Shown here in pieces: positions 11,065 through 23,437 of a stretch of 49,502 bases of DNA (positions within the stretch are counted from its first letter, which is position 1; every line of letters starts with the position of its first letter). The position numbers and the translations under genes were made by a program. The notes under the pieces are model-generated. The model was not told the origin of the DNA, ran no database searches, and saw only the letters and a program-made list of their open reading frames with translations. This DNA is from Nemertoderma westbladi (taxonomy: Eukaryota > Animalia > Xenacoelomorpha): assembly GCA_032718475.1 (NCBI GenBank), contig JAUCBJ010005889.1:1-49502 (forward strand), given 5' to 3'.

Positions 11065-13039
11065 CTAGCTAGTACGTACGTACATGATCTTTTAACTTGA
11101 TGAAACAAGTTCTAGAATAAAAAGTTAGATTAAAACCAAGGCGACCTAAACTATTTGATTTTCGTGAAATTTCCACTGTGTTTATGGGTGTCTATACCCA
11201 TAGTGTGTGTATCCATAAACGAATTTTTGCTACTTTTGTATTAAGTAATTTTCGTAATAATTTAAAAAATTTATTAAATTTTTTAAACTTTTTAAATAAT
11301 TTTGTTAAATTGAGAGCGAGGGAGCTACCAGGGCCCCACTATTAATGTGATTGCTTGAAAACTCAGTATTTTAATATGGTTTTATTCGACAATATTATAT
11401 TCTATGTTCTTCTCATTTTTAATCAGTCAGTGCTAGCGCCGTCCAACGCGTTTTTAATGCTATTTTATTTGTGCTAATTAAAATTAATAATTAAACCGCC
11501 GGTGGAATCCGGACATGAAATAAAATAAATTGTAGTATAATTTTCGCCAATAGTATTGCAACTGCATTTCTTTTATTTAGCTAGGCCTACAATGTATAAT
11601 TAAGAAACTAAGATAATAAAAACCGACCTCCATAAAAATTAACACTGTATGCGAGCATCGCGTCCTGAAATACAGTCCTGAATATATATACTATGTTCTA
11701 ATAGTCCTTGATGATACACGAGATAAATGTCATGCAAAATGCTTAGGCCGAGCAAAATGCTTGGGATCGGTACATACAGACATAGGCCTACAGTATAATA
11801 ATGCTAAAGAGCGGAAACAACTGGAAATACATTTTCGTAGCCGTGTACAGGTGTAGATACGATTTGAAATACTATTCCCGAAAAGGTAATGGAATCATGA
11901 CACGATCTATCAATGTGTTTAAAAATAAATTGAAAGAGTTGGATTTCTAGGAAATTATTACCGGTACAGTACTTTTGACAAATTTATGGTCTATGAGAAT
12001 TATTTTTCCTTGTGCGTACACTTTTATTTAAATTTTTCAGTTTGTTACATTGATATGCAGCGCAGCCCAGCATTCTACTGTATTTATCAAATCTGCCTTT
12101 TATAGTTGGCAAGTCCGAATTAAATTAAATTAATAACACCATGGTAGGCATAACACCATGACACCTACTGTAATTAAAGGCCTACAGCTACAGAGAAGCC
12201 GTAGACTTGACAATAATCTCTTATCTCATCTGGATCAATCATGAAACAGTATTCATCTTCGCGTATGCATACGCGTATGTCAAATCCAAATCGCTCAATG
12301 TATGTACAGTAGGCCTAATGTCTAGATACGTGGATACCAGGATACGTACGTACGCACATACGTGGATACGTTACGTACGACGTACGTCTGTACGTGGAAA
12401 CGTTTAACTCTACCAGTCTACAGTAGGCCTAACTGTATAGGTATATAGGCCCCTATACCGGTAGGTTCATCCGATTTTCCTTTTTAAAATATAGTAGTAG
12501 TCTCTGCAGTATGCACATAAGCTGCATTGAGAAGCCGGTAGCGGTACTGCACTTGAAACCAAATGTACCGGTATATTACAGTAATTTGATATTAAATACT
12601 GAAACAATATTTCGTCAGACTGGCCAGATTGCAGAAGTACCGGTAGGATTACATCGCAACAGTGCTTAAGTGATTTTTTAGTAGGCCTACGCCTTTATTG
12701 TAAAGAAAAAGTACCATGGTAAGTTTGGTTGGTTCCGTGTTCGTGGCGTACTGTAGCTACTCTTTTACTTGTGGGGTGAGACACGTCAGGGCAGAGCCTT
12801 TTTAGCAAATGAAAATTATAATTATTAAAGTAGAATACTAGTGACTAGCGGGGATTATGGCTGTTGAGGTGGGGTGTGTGTTTGTGTTCAATGATGTGAA
12901 AAAAATTCATTTGAATGATGTGTTTCAAAAAAACGTATGTGGGCGGAAGGGCAATCTTAAGTAATCTTACCGTAGGCCTAGTAGAAAAATTAGGGGGGGG
13001 GGGGGGGGGGGGGGGGGTCGTGTCATTGAATTACGACAC

Positions 13040-14310
13040 GACACTATTTTCCAGGACATGTTGTAAGTAAAGAGCCATCTAAAAACCAATAACTTATGAG
13101 ACCAACATGATGTATGCAAACGTGACCCATATGTGAAGTATACCAGATTTCTGCTGTTATATTATTAACTTTGCAGTTTATACGGAACTGTTTATACTGC
13201 ATAGATATACAGTAGGGCATACCATCATAAAATAAAACACCGCCCCAATAGGATATAACTGTCAAGTTTCAACTTAAGCGGATTGTAAATAACATTTTGA
13301 GAAAATGTTCACTTTCAGAAATTTCACCCTCTACCTGCAGACTGGTGAAATGTATTTCGCCCTCTAGCGGTAGACTGGGGAACTGTTGACGACTCTGCGA
13401 CTCCGTAAAGATACATCCTATGCTGTAGTAGATATTTGCCAACTTTTAGCTCAACTACTCCTCTATGGGAGTCCATGCTGGGCTCTAACAGCTGAGGCAC
13501 CAAATCTCTGGATGGCACATTCACAAGAATGCTACGCCGGGTTCATTGTGTCAAGTACAATGCACACATCTACAACCAGACACTATATAACATTGGAGGT
13601 GTCTCATTGGTTCCCCCAAGCTTGACACTAGAGCAAAATCGCCTCCGCTTTGCAGGACATTGCTTTCGCCGTGAGGACCAACCAGTGCATAATTTTGTAC
13701 TGTGGCAGCCTCATGGAATGAATAAGCATGGTGGACAGCCGATGACTTTCTTGAGACGCATCTTAAAGGACACTGGCCTTGAAGATGCGGATGATCTAGC
13801 AAATGTCATGGGTGATAGGGAGTTGTGGCGGTGCAATTTTGTCGATAAGCCGGCACAGCATTCTTAAAAATGCAGCTGCGATGCAGCATGTCGATCCTAG
13901 TAGTAGTAGTAGTAGCTCAAAAGGATTAAAAACAACAAAATGAGATCAGGTTTTCTTTATCAGAAAATTCGCCCACTAGCGGCGGACGGGGGAACTGTAG
14001 ACGATTCTACGACTCAGTAAAGATATAGCCTAAGATGCTGTAATATATGACTACCAAGTTTCAGTTTAAACGGATTGTACAATAAATAGCTAACTTGGAG
14101 GAGATATTCACTTTCAGACATTTCGCCCTCTAGCGGCAGACGGGGGGAACTTCAGACAGTATTACGTTGCACAACGAGTTAGGTTGAGACCTTTCTAACA
14201 AGCTATAGTAAGCGAGATTTCATCGAGATGGGTTCGATTGTATAGCCGATGACAAACAGACAGACAGACACACAGACAGACAATTGATTTTTATATACTG
14301 TATATAGGAG
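13040..14310. repeat. Non-autonomous repeat with internal sub-repeats and a (CAGA)n-AATTGATTTTTATATA end; possibly Helitron/Helentron-associated
   Basis: Sub-repeat TTCACTTTCAGA.ATTTCGCCCTCTAGCGG.AGAC.GGGGAACT recurs at about 13307, 13355, 13965 and 14107. The end motif recurs at 14521 (inverted) and 14990. Boundaries approximate; class is inference. Confidence 0.5.
13455..13912 (+). mobile_element. 5'-truncated RTE-like LINE with (TAG)n tail and 8-bp TSD
   Basis: Encodes LRFAGHCFRREDQPVHNFVLWQPHG...DRELWR. Flanked by TAGCTCAA at 13447-13454 and 13913-13920. Highly similar to 43013-43468. Confidence 0.88.
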
Positions 14311-14540
14311 TTGTGAGAAAAGTTAGTGAGAAAATATGAAAACATAAATTTCTTGTAGAAGATAAAATTTAAGAATAAAATTACAAATGACAAGAAAAAA
14401 AATGGCTTTATTCTTCCGCCGATCTCAAGTTGTATAATTCGGAGTGATATCGAGCGAGGCCAATTAACACATCAAGGAATAAGACGAAAAAAAGCTATTT
14501 GTTATCTAATACTGTAGGCCCCCTATATATACAAATAAAT

Positions 14541-14998
<458 letters not shown>

Positions 14999-15171
14999 TT
15001 GATTTTTATAGATTTCACCACACATATTCATATATCATCTGCACGTGCACTAGAAAGCTGTGGCCCGAAGGGCCATAGGCTTTCTAGTTCATGTAATAAA
15101 TGTGGATGGTATGTTTTCTCTGTATTAGCGATACACCCTACCCTGTACTGTCCGTAGTGTACTCCTACCCA

Positions 15172-16182
15172 CTAACACGCCCTCATCTGTTTAACATAAT
15201 TATACACTCTATCACCACTGTACCCTTTTTCTATAGTCCGGAACTGAGAAGCTTTGACTTTAAATGGCCCATACTTCCCGACAGCCTGTTGGAGGATAAC
15301 TTTTCTATGGGGTGGAACCGCAGCGCAAACTTCGATTGTTGTTTCCAGAGACCAGGTCTTAGATGAGGTTGTAGACCACTCCATACCAATTGAGGAAGCA
15401 ACACTGGCAGAGAAATATTCCTTAAAGCCAACTCCCAAACTGAGGTCTACACCAATAGATAATGTGTATGATTCTTCATCAGTAACACTCGTTCCTACAG
15501 TCTCCGAATACACGCATGAGCCTTCACCTGAGCTTTGCGTGTTGTCGAGGCTGCAAACTGTTTCCCAAAAATCGTTGGCCCCCCAGTCTTCCTTTGTACC
15601 AATCTTCCAACCATGGAACTCGGTGTAGCTGGGATCGTAAAGAGTCAGGGACGCTGCATTCACTTTTCCACTTGGATGAGCCGTGATGTATTTAAAATAA
15701 TTTTGCATCGATACAATCCATAGTTTGTCTTCATTAGCATTGATGTACAATTTCCATTTCTGATTATCATTTGTTATAGAAAGAGCGTCTCCCTTCACAC
15801 AATCTTCTTCTTCCAAACATGGTAACACGGTAAACATGGTATGGCGTTCCAAATACTTTCCTCGACTCGTTTTTATTGATACACGATTATTAATTCCCTC
15901 TAAGAGGAATGTTACTTCGAATCTCTCATATCCAGTCACACAGTTACCACATGAATTATACAGGAACAAATCGTCATTTGAGGCTGATACGACTCTTTCG
16001 TGGTGGGAGATTAAAATTATTTTATCATCACCCAAGTTTAATGAGGATCCTGAGGCGTCGGCATTGCCAATATGGAACCGCCACAGTTGTTTTTGGCTGG
16101 TTACAGGAACTGCCCCTTCTGGATATGGATATCCGAACCCAGGCACAAAGAGGCCGATTAGTATGAAAGCAATATTGTGCAT
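15172..16182 (-). CDS. Secreted 336-aa protein: fascin-like beta-trefoil plus aerolysin-like beta-pore-forming domain (putative), intronless
   Basis: Signal peptide MHNIAFILIGLFVPGFG. Fascin-type repeats (ERFEV...VSIKTSRGKYL; KYITAHPSGKVNA). S/T-rich C-terminus with an alternating amphipathic hairpin YTLSIGVDLSLGVGFKEYFSASVASSIGMEWS, followed by VPP...QQAVG. Coding status is likely; the fold is inferred. Confidence 0.72.
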   Translation of the reverse strand: MHNIAFILIGLFVPGFGYPYPEGAVPVTSQKQLWRFHIGNADASGSSLNLGDDKIILISHHERVVSASNDDLFLYNSCGNCVTGYERFEVTFLLEGINNRVSIKTSRGKYLERHTMFTVLPCLEEEDCVKGDALSITNDNQKWKLYINANEDKLWIVSMQNYFKYITAHPSGKVNAASLTLYDPSYTEFHGWKIGTKEDWGANDFWETVCSLDNTQSSGEGSCVYSETVGTSVTDEESYTLSIGVDLSLGVGFKEYFSASVASSIGMEWSTTSSKTWSLETTIEVCAAVPPHRKVILQQAVGKYGPFKVKASQFRTIEKGYSGDRVYNYVKQMRAC

Positions 16183-16979
16183 TTTATAATATGTGTCGCT
16201 GATGTGGTTAGTATCTTACAGTATAGTTATTGTATGTGATATGGTTGACCTTGCTTACATAGCTGTATATGGCAGTGGGATGGGATGCCACTGTAATGGA
16301 CAGAGTTAAACGTGTAATTACAAAGTTAAACAAAAGCACAAATAAATAATGAAACAACCCTAGTTACAGGAAAATTAAATATAGATATTGACCTTAATTT
16401 TGTGATAAAAAATTTGTAATTGTAACAAACATTTAAAAAATTGCTAACTGGATAATATCACTATGAAAGATCACCAGAAAGGTCACCAGGAAAGGGATTT
16501 GAAAAAATGTCTTGTCAACAATCTATTCTGTATAAGGGGTTTGTATGACGCTGTTGGTTTGAATGTATGATATTTATAGAAACTTTCTGAGAACGGCTAA
16601 GCTGGTACAATAATTGTATTTTATTGTTTGACAATTCGCCAAATACTCTCTCAAAAATCAGCGGGCAATAATCTTACATTCACAACACATGGCATATTTC
16701 CACAAGCTTCGCAACGCATGAAGAATGAGGAGTAATGCAATTGATTTCTTGAAATTACTATTTGTTTTTCACAATTGCGGAAATAACTTATATATTAAGT
16801 TTTAATCTCAAGCAAAAATATCAATCTTCAAACTTATTTTCATCGATATTCCTTTACTTAACCTTCACTTGGGTCCACATTCACACTCGAGTACCTCATA
16901 GAGCTGTTCCTTCACTATCTTCGTCAAGCCAAGTCAACTATGTCGTCGTGCACTTCAGGGATATCGATTAGGTAAGGAG

Positions 16980-17295
16980 AGGTGAACAATTTATTGATGA
17001 ATGTGTGAAACACGAAACACAGGGAGCAACCCGAAGGCTACTCTCTTTTGGCTGTCCCTATATGACAGGGAGGACGCAACACTAACTACCATTTTCACAC
17101 TCAATAACAGAACTATTTAACCCATTTGTAATCCCCCGCAGAATCCAGGTGCCCATTGTACCACTGGATTTGTGTGAGTCTAAATAAAGTTAAAGTAACT
17201 TTTTGTTGGGAACAACTTTTGCAAATTCGACAATGACCTCCAGGTGGGATCGAACGGGTTGAGTCTGACGTTCTAACCATTCAGCTAGCGGCCCA
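16980..17295 (-). mobile_element. tRNA-derived SINE
   Basis: The minus strand begins GGGCCGCTAGCTGAATGGTTAGAACG...GTTCGATCCCACCTGG (A-box and B-box), followed by a body with AATGGGCACCTGG and a terminal AATAAA. Related heads occur at about 48270-48330 and 48630-48685. Confidence 0.7.
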
Positions 17296-17333
17296 GGTAA
17301 AAGATAGACCTGGAAATACCATCTGATACCTTG

Positions 17334-17640
17334 TATGTCCGCAATTTAGCTCCTCATGGCCTCCCATCTGTCAATACCATCATATACTGCCACTGTGCTC
17401 AACCCTACCGTACTTGGCCGTCTTTATCAACTCACTACAAATGAAAGGGTAGTGTATATTAACCATGAACCATCACGGCCACAATGATTAATTAAACACT
17501 CTAGCTACTAATTTAGGCAGGACAGTTACACCCATAGAGAATTGCGACCGGTATATTTATAATTTATTATTGGTGTTATGGGTGAATGAATGGTTTCATA
17601 TTATTATAACCTTTTGTTGTGCACACCTTTTGCAAAGTCG
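17334..17640. repeat. Dispersed ~300-bp repeat, copy 1, adjacent to a SINE head
   Basis: ATGTCCGCAATTTA.CTCCTCATGGCCTCCCATCTG...GGGTGAATGAATGGTTTCATATTATTATAAC is nearly identical to 48328-48610. Confidence 0.85.
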
Positions 17641-17863
17641 GCAATTAAGTAGATTCGATATTAGGATCATTTATTTGCATGTTTTATTTAGCACCAAAGT
17701 ATTTAGCTTCTGAGTGCTGACTGCAGATGTTCTTGCTATGTGACAATACTTAAATATAGTCAGTTGGGGCCCTACAATATTTCGAGTTCAAGCATAGGAT
17801 GTTATGCTTTCTATAAATTGTGCATTTTGTGTGGATCGATAAGCATACATTCGGTCGGCTACA

Positions 17864-18075
17864 GGGTCGGTGTAAAACGCGGATCCGGATTCCAAAATTA
17901 TCAATAAGGGAAAGGAGCAGGTTACAGTGGCACGTTATTTTAACCAAAACAATAAACTAAAGTCAATAGAACAGGTTATAGTTTTATTTTTGGGAGTTCT
18001 AAAAATGTAAAAAAAATCGACTTCCGTAGGGACAATGTTAAATGTAGAATCCGGATCCGCGTTTTACTCTGACCC
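17864..18075. mobile_element. ~210-bp MITE, possibly Mutator-like
   Basis: TIR GGGTC.G.GTAAAACGCGGATCCGGATTC at both ends. 9-bp flanks TCGGCTACA/TCGCCTAGA match at 7 of 9 positions. Internal motifs are shared with about 48750-49025. Confidence 0.7.
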
Positions 18076-19585
18076 TCGCCTAGATACAACAACTGTGAAA
18101 TGGTCGTTATTGATGCCCCAATGAGATCATGAGTCATTCATGTACCTGGTGATTATCAACAATAACTTCTAGTCTAGTAATACAGTAGTTGTCGACTCCA
18201 TGGTGGGAGTATGATATGAATTATGAGGCGAGGCGAATGAACAATATCTGGTATGCTGATAATCTGTGACAATTAAATTCGTAGCTGACGACTCCACAGA
18301 GGCTGTTACGTTTCATCCTTCCGGCTGTATCATCTTCCCGTTTATGAAACGTTGTAAAGATTTGTATGGAAACAATGTATGGAGAAGGCCGTAGGTAGGC
18401 GTCGTATTTCTCTATTAATGGTCCATTTATATTGAGATGTGTGGTTGCAGTAATATGAGGCGAGATGAGATTAACATCCTGTCATTTACTGTAACTGTAT
18501 ATCATTAACTGCCGTTTCAAATTAGTTTTCATTCTGTGGCCAGGCAATATCGCTTTTAACAAACAGTTGTTCTATAAGGAGTGCATTGTGAGTGTAATGG
18601 GTGTTAAGGATGGATTGAGATCGTCTTATTTTACTTAAATCGGCAAACGGAAATGACCAACATGGGCGGCTCATATGCAATGGCAACAAATCAAATAGAT
18701 TAATTAGGTATGATTATATTATTGTATAGTGCTACTCGGCCCTTATATTCCAAAACCGTGTATCTCGATTTTTGACGAAAATGACATATTTATATATTTG
18801 GAATCAGAATTTCAAGGCGCATCTTTCTATCCAGGTCCCGAAGCTTGAAAATCAAATGCAAAGAAAATAGTTTGCGACCAAAACCGTGTATCTCGATATT
18901 TTTTGAAGCAATTTTTAATCAAAACCATTTATCTGAGAAAAATTAACCGAAAAAAATTAACTGACCAATAGGATGCAAGATCTCCATGATTATTAATTTA
19001 TCAAAACAGTGTATCTCTGTTTCGGAAATTCGTTTAATTTATCAAAACCATCTATCTGGAGATAGACGGTTTTGGACCACCTCTAGAACAAATCTTTCTC
19101 AGATAGACGGTTTTGATTACAAATTCAATGTTCAATAAATGTTCTAGATATATTTCAAAACACAGTTAACCGGTCATTTAGTCTGAACAATTCATTTGCA
19201 ATTGTCGCGGCCAGCTACCGTTTACCGGTAGTTAATTCATAAATCAACAATTCAGGCATTAACAAACTACACAAAGCGTTATGATAACATATTGTAAAGT
19301 TTCAGTTTAGGTAAACAACCATGAGAGTTTAGGTAACAAGAGTTTACCAGTAGGTTGTGTTACTGTACCATACCGTTTTGTCATCTATAAGCAATTCATC
19401 GATCAAAGAATCAGAACAACAGTTTTTTTAAACACTTTCTTGACTCTTGGTAGCAAGCCAGTTTGTTTATTTTATATAAAGCATAGCACTGATATTCGTG
19501 TAAGTAAACAATGTCAGCCACACGCAAACAATATCCTCTACGGAGGAAGGCTATACCCCCTAATGATTCCAATGCTTCTGGTAAA

Positions 19586-19910
19586 TGGTGACGTTGGAGG
19601 GGGACATACAGAGCGGAGTGGAAGTGGTGACGTTGGAGGGGGACATACAGAGGGGAGTGGGAGTGGTGACGTTGGAGGGGGACATATTGAGGAGAGTGGG
19701 AGTGGTGACGTTGGAGGGGGACATACAGAGGGGAGTGGGAGTGGTGACGTTGGAGGGGGACATACAGAGGAGAGTGGGAGTGGTGACGTTTGAGGGGGGC
19801 ATACAGAGGGGAGTGGGAGTGGTGACGTTGGAGGGGGACATATTGAGGGGAGTGGTGACATTGGAGGGGGACATACTGAGGGGTTTGGGAGTGGTGACGT
19901 TGGAGGGGGG
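19586..19910. repeat. 39-bp G-rich minisatellite inside the Sola1 element, about 8 copies
   Basis: Unit GAGTGGTGACGTTGGAGGGGGACATACAGAGGGGAGTGG. Confidence 0.9.
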
Positions 19911-20586
19911 ATGAATGACTATTGTGTGGTGTGGCATGAGGGGCTGCAAGGTCGGGATGCTGACTCATTGGCCGATTGTATGTTAAGGATCATCAGAGAA
20001 GAGCGGGATTCCAAAGAGTTTATATTTTGGCTGGATAATTGTACGGGTCAAAATAAAAACTGGTTGCTCTTTGGCGCATGTGTAGCGATTGTCAATGCCA
20101 CAGGGGGGCCACAGTCAATCACATTGAAGTACCTCACCAAGGGCTCACATGTTAGCCGATTCGGTTCATGGAAATATAGAGAGGAGTATTAAAAGACAAC
20201 CAGCAATGTATGATTTGAAATACGTCACTATGGTTATGGCCAACAGTAGAAAAGATTTGGTTGTATTAACCCCGGAATTCCACAAGTGGTTGAAGAAACT
20301 AACGTATTCCAAGAAGCTGAAAGAGGCGCTTCCCTATATTACAGAGGTAGTCCAGGTGAGATTTAACAAAGGGTGTCGCAAGATGGTGTATAAAAGAGAC
20401 TTCAAAGAAGCAGAGAAGTGTGTAGAATTCCTTCAAGAGAGGTATCACCCAGAAATTCCACAGAAGAAAGAAGGTGTACGGGGAATTAACACAGCAAAGA
20501 AGGAGATTATCCTAAAGAAACTTGTTAATCTCATGCCAGGAAACAGATCGTCTTTCTGGTTATCGATGACATCGAAACAATCATAA
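19911..20586 (+). pseudogene. Sola1 DDD/E transposase remnant
   Basis: Two track ORFs (19911-20192 and 20149-20586) are joined by a frameshift at the KGH motif. The N-terminal part is missing. Confidence 0.8.
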
Positions 20587-23437
20587 ACAGACCTTAATAG
20601 TGGCTACGATCACTCTTTAGCTAATGAGTAGATCTGTATTGAATACAACTTATCGATTTATTAAACTCATTATTCTATAAAACGGATCAATGTATTAAAC
20701 TCATATTTGTTTAAACTGAACTGTTTAATTAACTATAAATTGTATTAAACTGATCGTTACATTAAACTGACTGTTCATTTTATTTTATTCCCTTACCACA
20801 AATTGTAGTTTATTAGTTAATGGTTTTCAATATTAATGGTAATTATTAATTAATAAAATAAAAGTTTATATTCAAACATAGAGATAAACGGTTTTGTTAA
20901 AAAATAAAATATAAAAGATAGCTGGTTTTGAAGAATAAAAAATGAGTTAGCCGATTTTGATCCAAAAAAAGTTACATGTTTGCGGCGCAAGTATATTGAC
21001 CAATACCTGCTATGGTGTACTATCGGTGTACTATGGTGTTTTTAACATATTTCCCTTTATTTTCATGCCTTAATTTTGCCTCAGGTGGATTCGGCACATG
21101 CGTTTACCCTATATAGAATATTAATATGGAAATTTCCCGAATTAATCCCAGTAAGAATTTAAAATGAATAACCATAAAAAACCGGAATGGTTTTTGGCCA
21201 TTTTCTCAAAATGCCAAAAATTGAGATACACGGTTTTGGAATATAAGGGCCGTACTGTAGTACGTGAAGCTTCAGAAGAAAGGAGACAGAGTTTATATGG
21301 GACGTACAAAGATAAGAAGATCCAGCGAAAAATAACGCCCACTTCGCTGCAGGATATTAATCACAAATACACCCATGGCTCATCATTTCAGATTAGTTGA
21401 TTTCAATAGTTCAATAGATTACAGTATTAATGGTGGATCCGCAGTGAATTATGTTCCAGCTGAGACCTGTTACAAGCATACCCGTACGATGGGGGAGGGG
21501 GGGGGGGGGGGGGGGGCTCCTGCCCTCCCAGTGAACCAAATGAGGGGGGCGAAAAACAGAGAGTGGAGCAAAAACCCAAAAAGGGTGCATGGAGCAAAAA
21601 ATGTAATCAAGAATGAGAGGGAGAGAGTGGAAAGAATATTGAAATCCAAATTCAAAATAATAATTCAATAAATTTCTAATAGTCACTTACACGTACTGTA
21701 TATGGGACGTACGAGGGACCTAAGCGCATACGTAAGACCAGATGAGCCTTTGTGTAAAGGTACAATTAGTGGACCTAGTCGTTCGCCCCCTAGCGGTCGA
21801 CATATGAACTAGAAGTCTGTCTGTAATTTCCTGTTTTGTTTTGTAATTTCCTTCATTATCATCACGTTAACATTTCTGTTCCTACAGAATATTTTCATAA
21901 CAAAAATTTGAAATCAGGCACCGAGAAGTTACTTACTGTAAGAATTGCTCGAGAATGGCTGGCTGGCTGGCTGGCCGTTAATAAGCAATCTCATGAACCG
22001 CTCTAACGATAGCATGATCGGCTACTCCGTCCATAGCCTCTGGGCTCGAAAAATATACATAAACTAAAAAAACGCCATAGGCGCAATGATAAAAACACCA
22101 GCTGGCGCTCATCAAAAATGGCCTAGTAATGATATTCAATAGGCAGGCCGCAACTAACAAGGAAGTACTTTTTGTGCTAAGTTTAATCACTCCCTCTTTC
22201 AAACCTGACTATAAGCAAAAATTAACTGGTTTAGGTGGCTATTACAGCCTCAGCTGAATGCTCTTCCCAATGCATCCTATGGGAAGATTTACAAGGATAC
22301 TCATTCTGGCGTGCAAGCTGAATGACTGGTTGGATACTATTGCACTGTACTGTACTCTCATCTAATAATAATTGTTTTATTTATAAATCTTTGGGCCAAC
22401 ATTAATACTGTGGAGACTGTATGTTTATAAAGCTGTAAGTTTAATACATTTTGTACATTTTAAATGTAAAAATCACTGCTTATTATCTATCTGTATCATG
22501 TTACTCACTGTGGCATACATTCAAATGTTTTATAGGTGTCCAGACCATGATAGGCAAACATTAAGCCTCTGCGTGTTTGTAATTTTTTGCATGCCAGATG
22601 ATAGGACTCTCACACTCACTGATTCAAATGAGATCGAATGTCTATTCAATGGGGGCGGTCGCACCTCACAGACCCCACTTACTAACTCGGCCGCGCCACT
22701 TCCTTTCTAACTCATGCACTCCACTTGAACATTAATAATTCAGAGGTGACAAAGGTCAGAGTAACGAATGTAAAATAAAGATTCTAACAATGATAAATTA
22801 ATCACATTGCACTGTAATTTAATTCAACATAAGGCCAAATATGGGGAACATGTTGTAATTGTAACACATTTATTTAACTACACATTAGAAATGTCAACAA
22901 CTTTTTTTGCTTTTATTGAAATATGATTTTTCACAGAGAACAATTGAAGAAAAAACGAACTGTACCACTAAAAACTCAACAGCAGGCAGCTGATATTCAG
23001 GTGTGCTATATGATCGCCAAGAGAGTATATAGTGGACTATAAGATGATCGAACTAATCAAAGGGGAACCGCCAAATTGTATTGACGCGTAATGAAGAACC
23101 GGTGTTTTTATTTAAAACATTTTCGGCTTTTGTTAATATAGAAAGTCAGTCTGTTAACTGCCACATACGCTTATTCACTCCGACCAGTTTTGTTGCAGTT
23201 CTTCCCTTTTCAATTTGCATATAATCCAGCGGCTTAGCACAGGTTGGGCTGCTTTAGTCCTCCACCGCTAAACATTAAATAAAACATTTATAAACTTTGT
23301 AGTTAGTATCGAGATCAGCTGTCAGTGGTGTTTAAATCGTTTGACTGTCACTGTGAAAAAAATAATAGGATATACAATACTTTATTTAACAAGGCAATAT
23401 GACAAAGGAACGATTATGGAAATAAACATATTTAGTA

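Larger units (their letters stand above)
8952..11710 (-). mobile_element. Decayed P-superfamily (THAP9/Galileo-like) DNA transposon
   Basis: TIRs CAAGGACT..TAGAACATAGTATATA...CAGGACGCGATGCTCGCAT at both ends, with CANRG-type termini. Near-identical 7-bp flanks ATGATAT/ATGATAC. Transposase remnant at about 10740-11060. Confidence 0.7.
8827..12407. mobile_element. Outer MITE/foldback with long imperfect inverted arms (about 8827-8950 and 12222-12407), interrupted by later insertions
   Basis: Left TTAA-ACTTTTCCACGTA...TACGCGTATGCATACGCG...TTGGTCCAGATGA is the inverse of the right arm ending TACGTGGAAACGT-TTAA. Superfamily not assigned. Confidence 0.7.
18737..21252 (+). mobile_element. Sola1-like DNA transposon, internally deleted and frameshifted
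   Basis: Perfect 30-bp TIRs CGGCCCTTATATTCCAAAACCGTGTATCTC, a 4-bp TSD TACT, and subterminal CAAAACCGTGTATCTC-like repeats. Transposase motifs WHEG..GR, WLDNCTGQNKN and ADSVHGNIE at 19911-20586. Confidence 0.88.

Noticed and set aside
12993-13017. Poly-G tract (others at about 2685, 21491 and 33110)
   Set aside because: Simple homopolymers with no consistent context; their lengths are unreliable in assemblies.
19411-19968. His/Pro/Gly-rich ORFs in several frames
   Set aside because: Products of the 39-bp minisatellite inside the Sola1 element.
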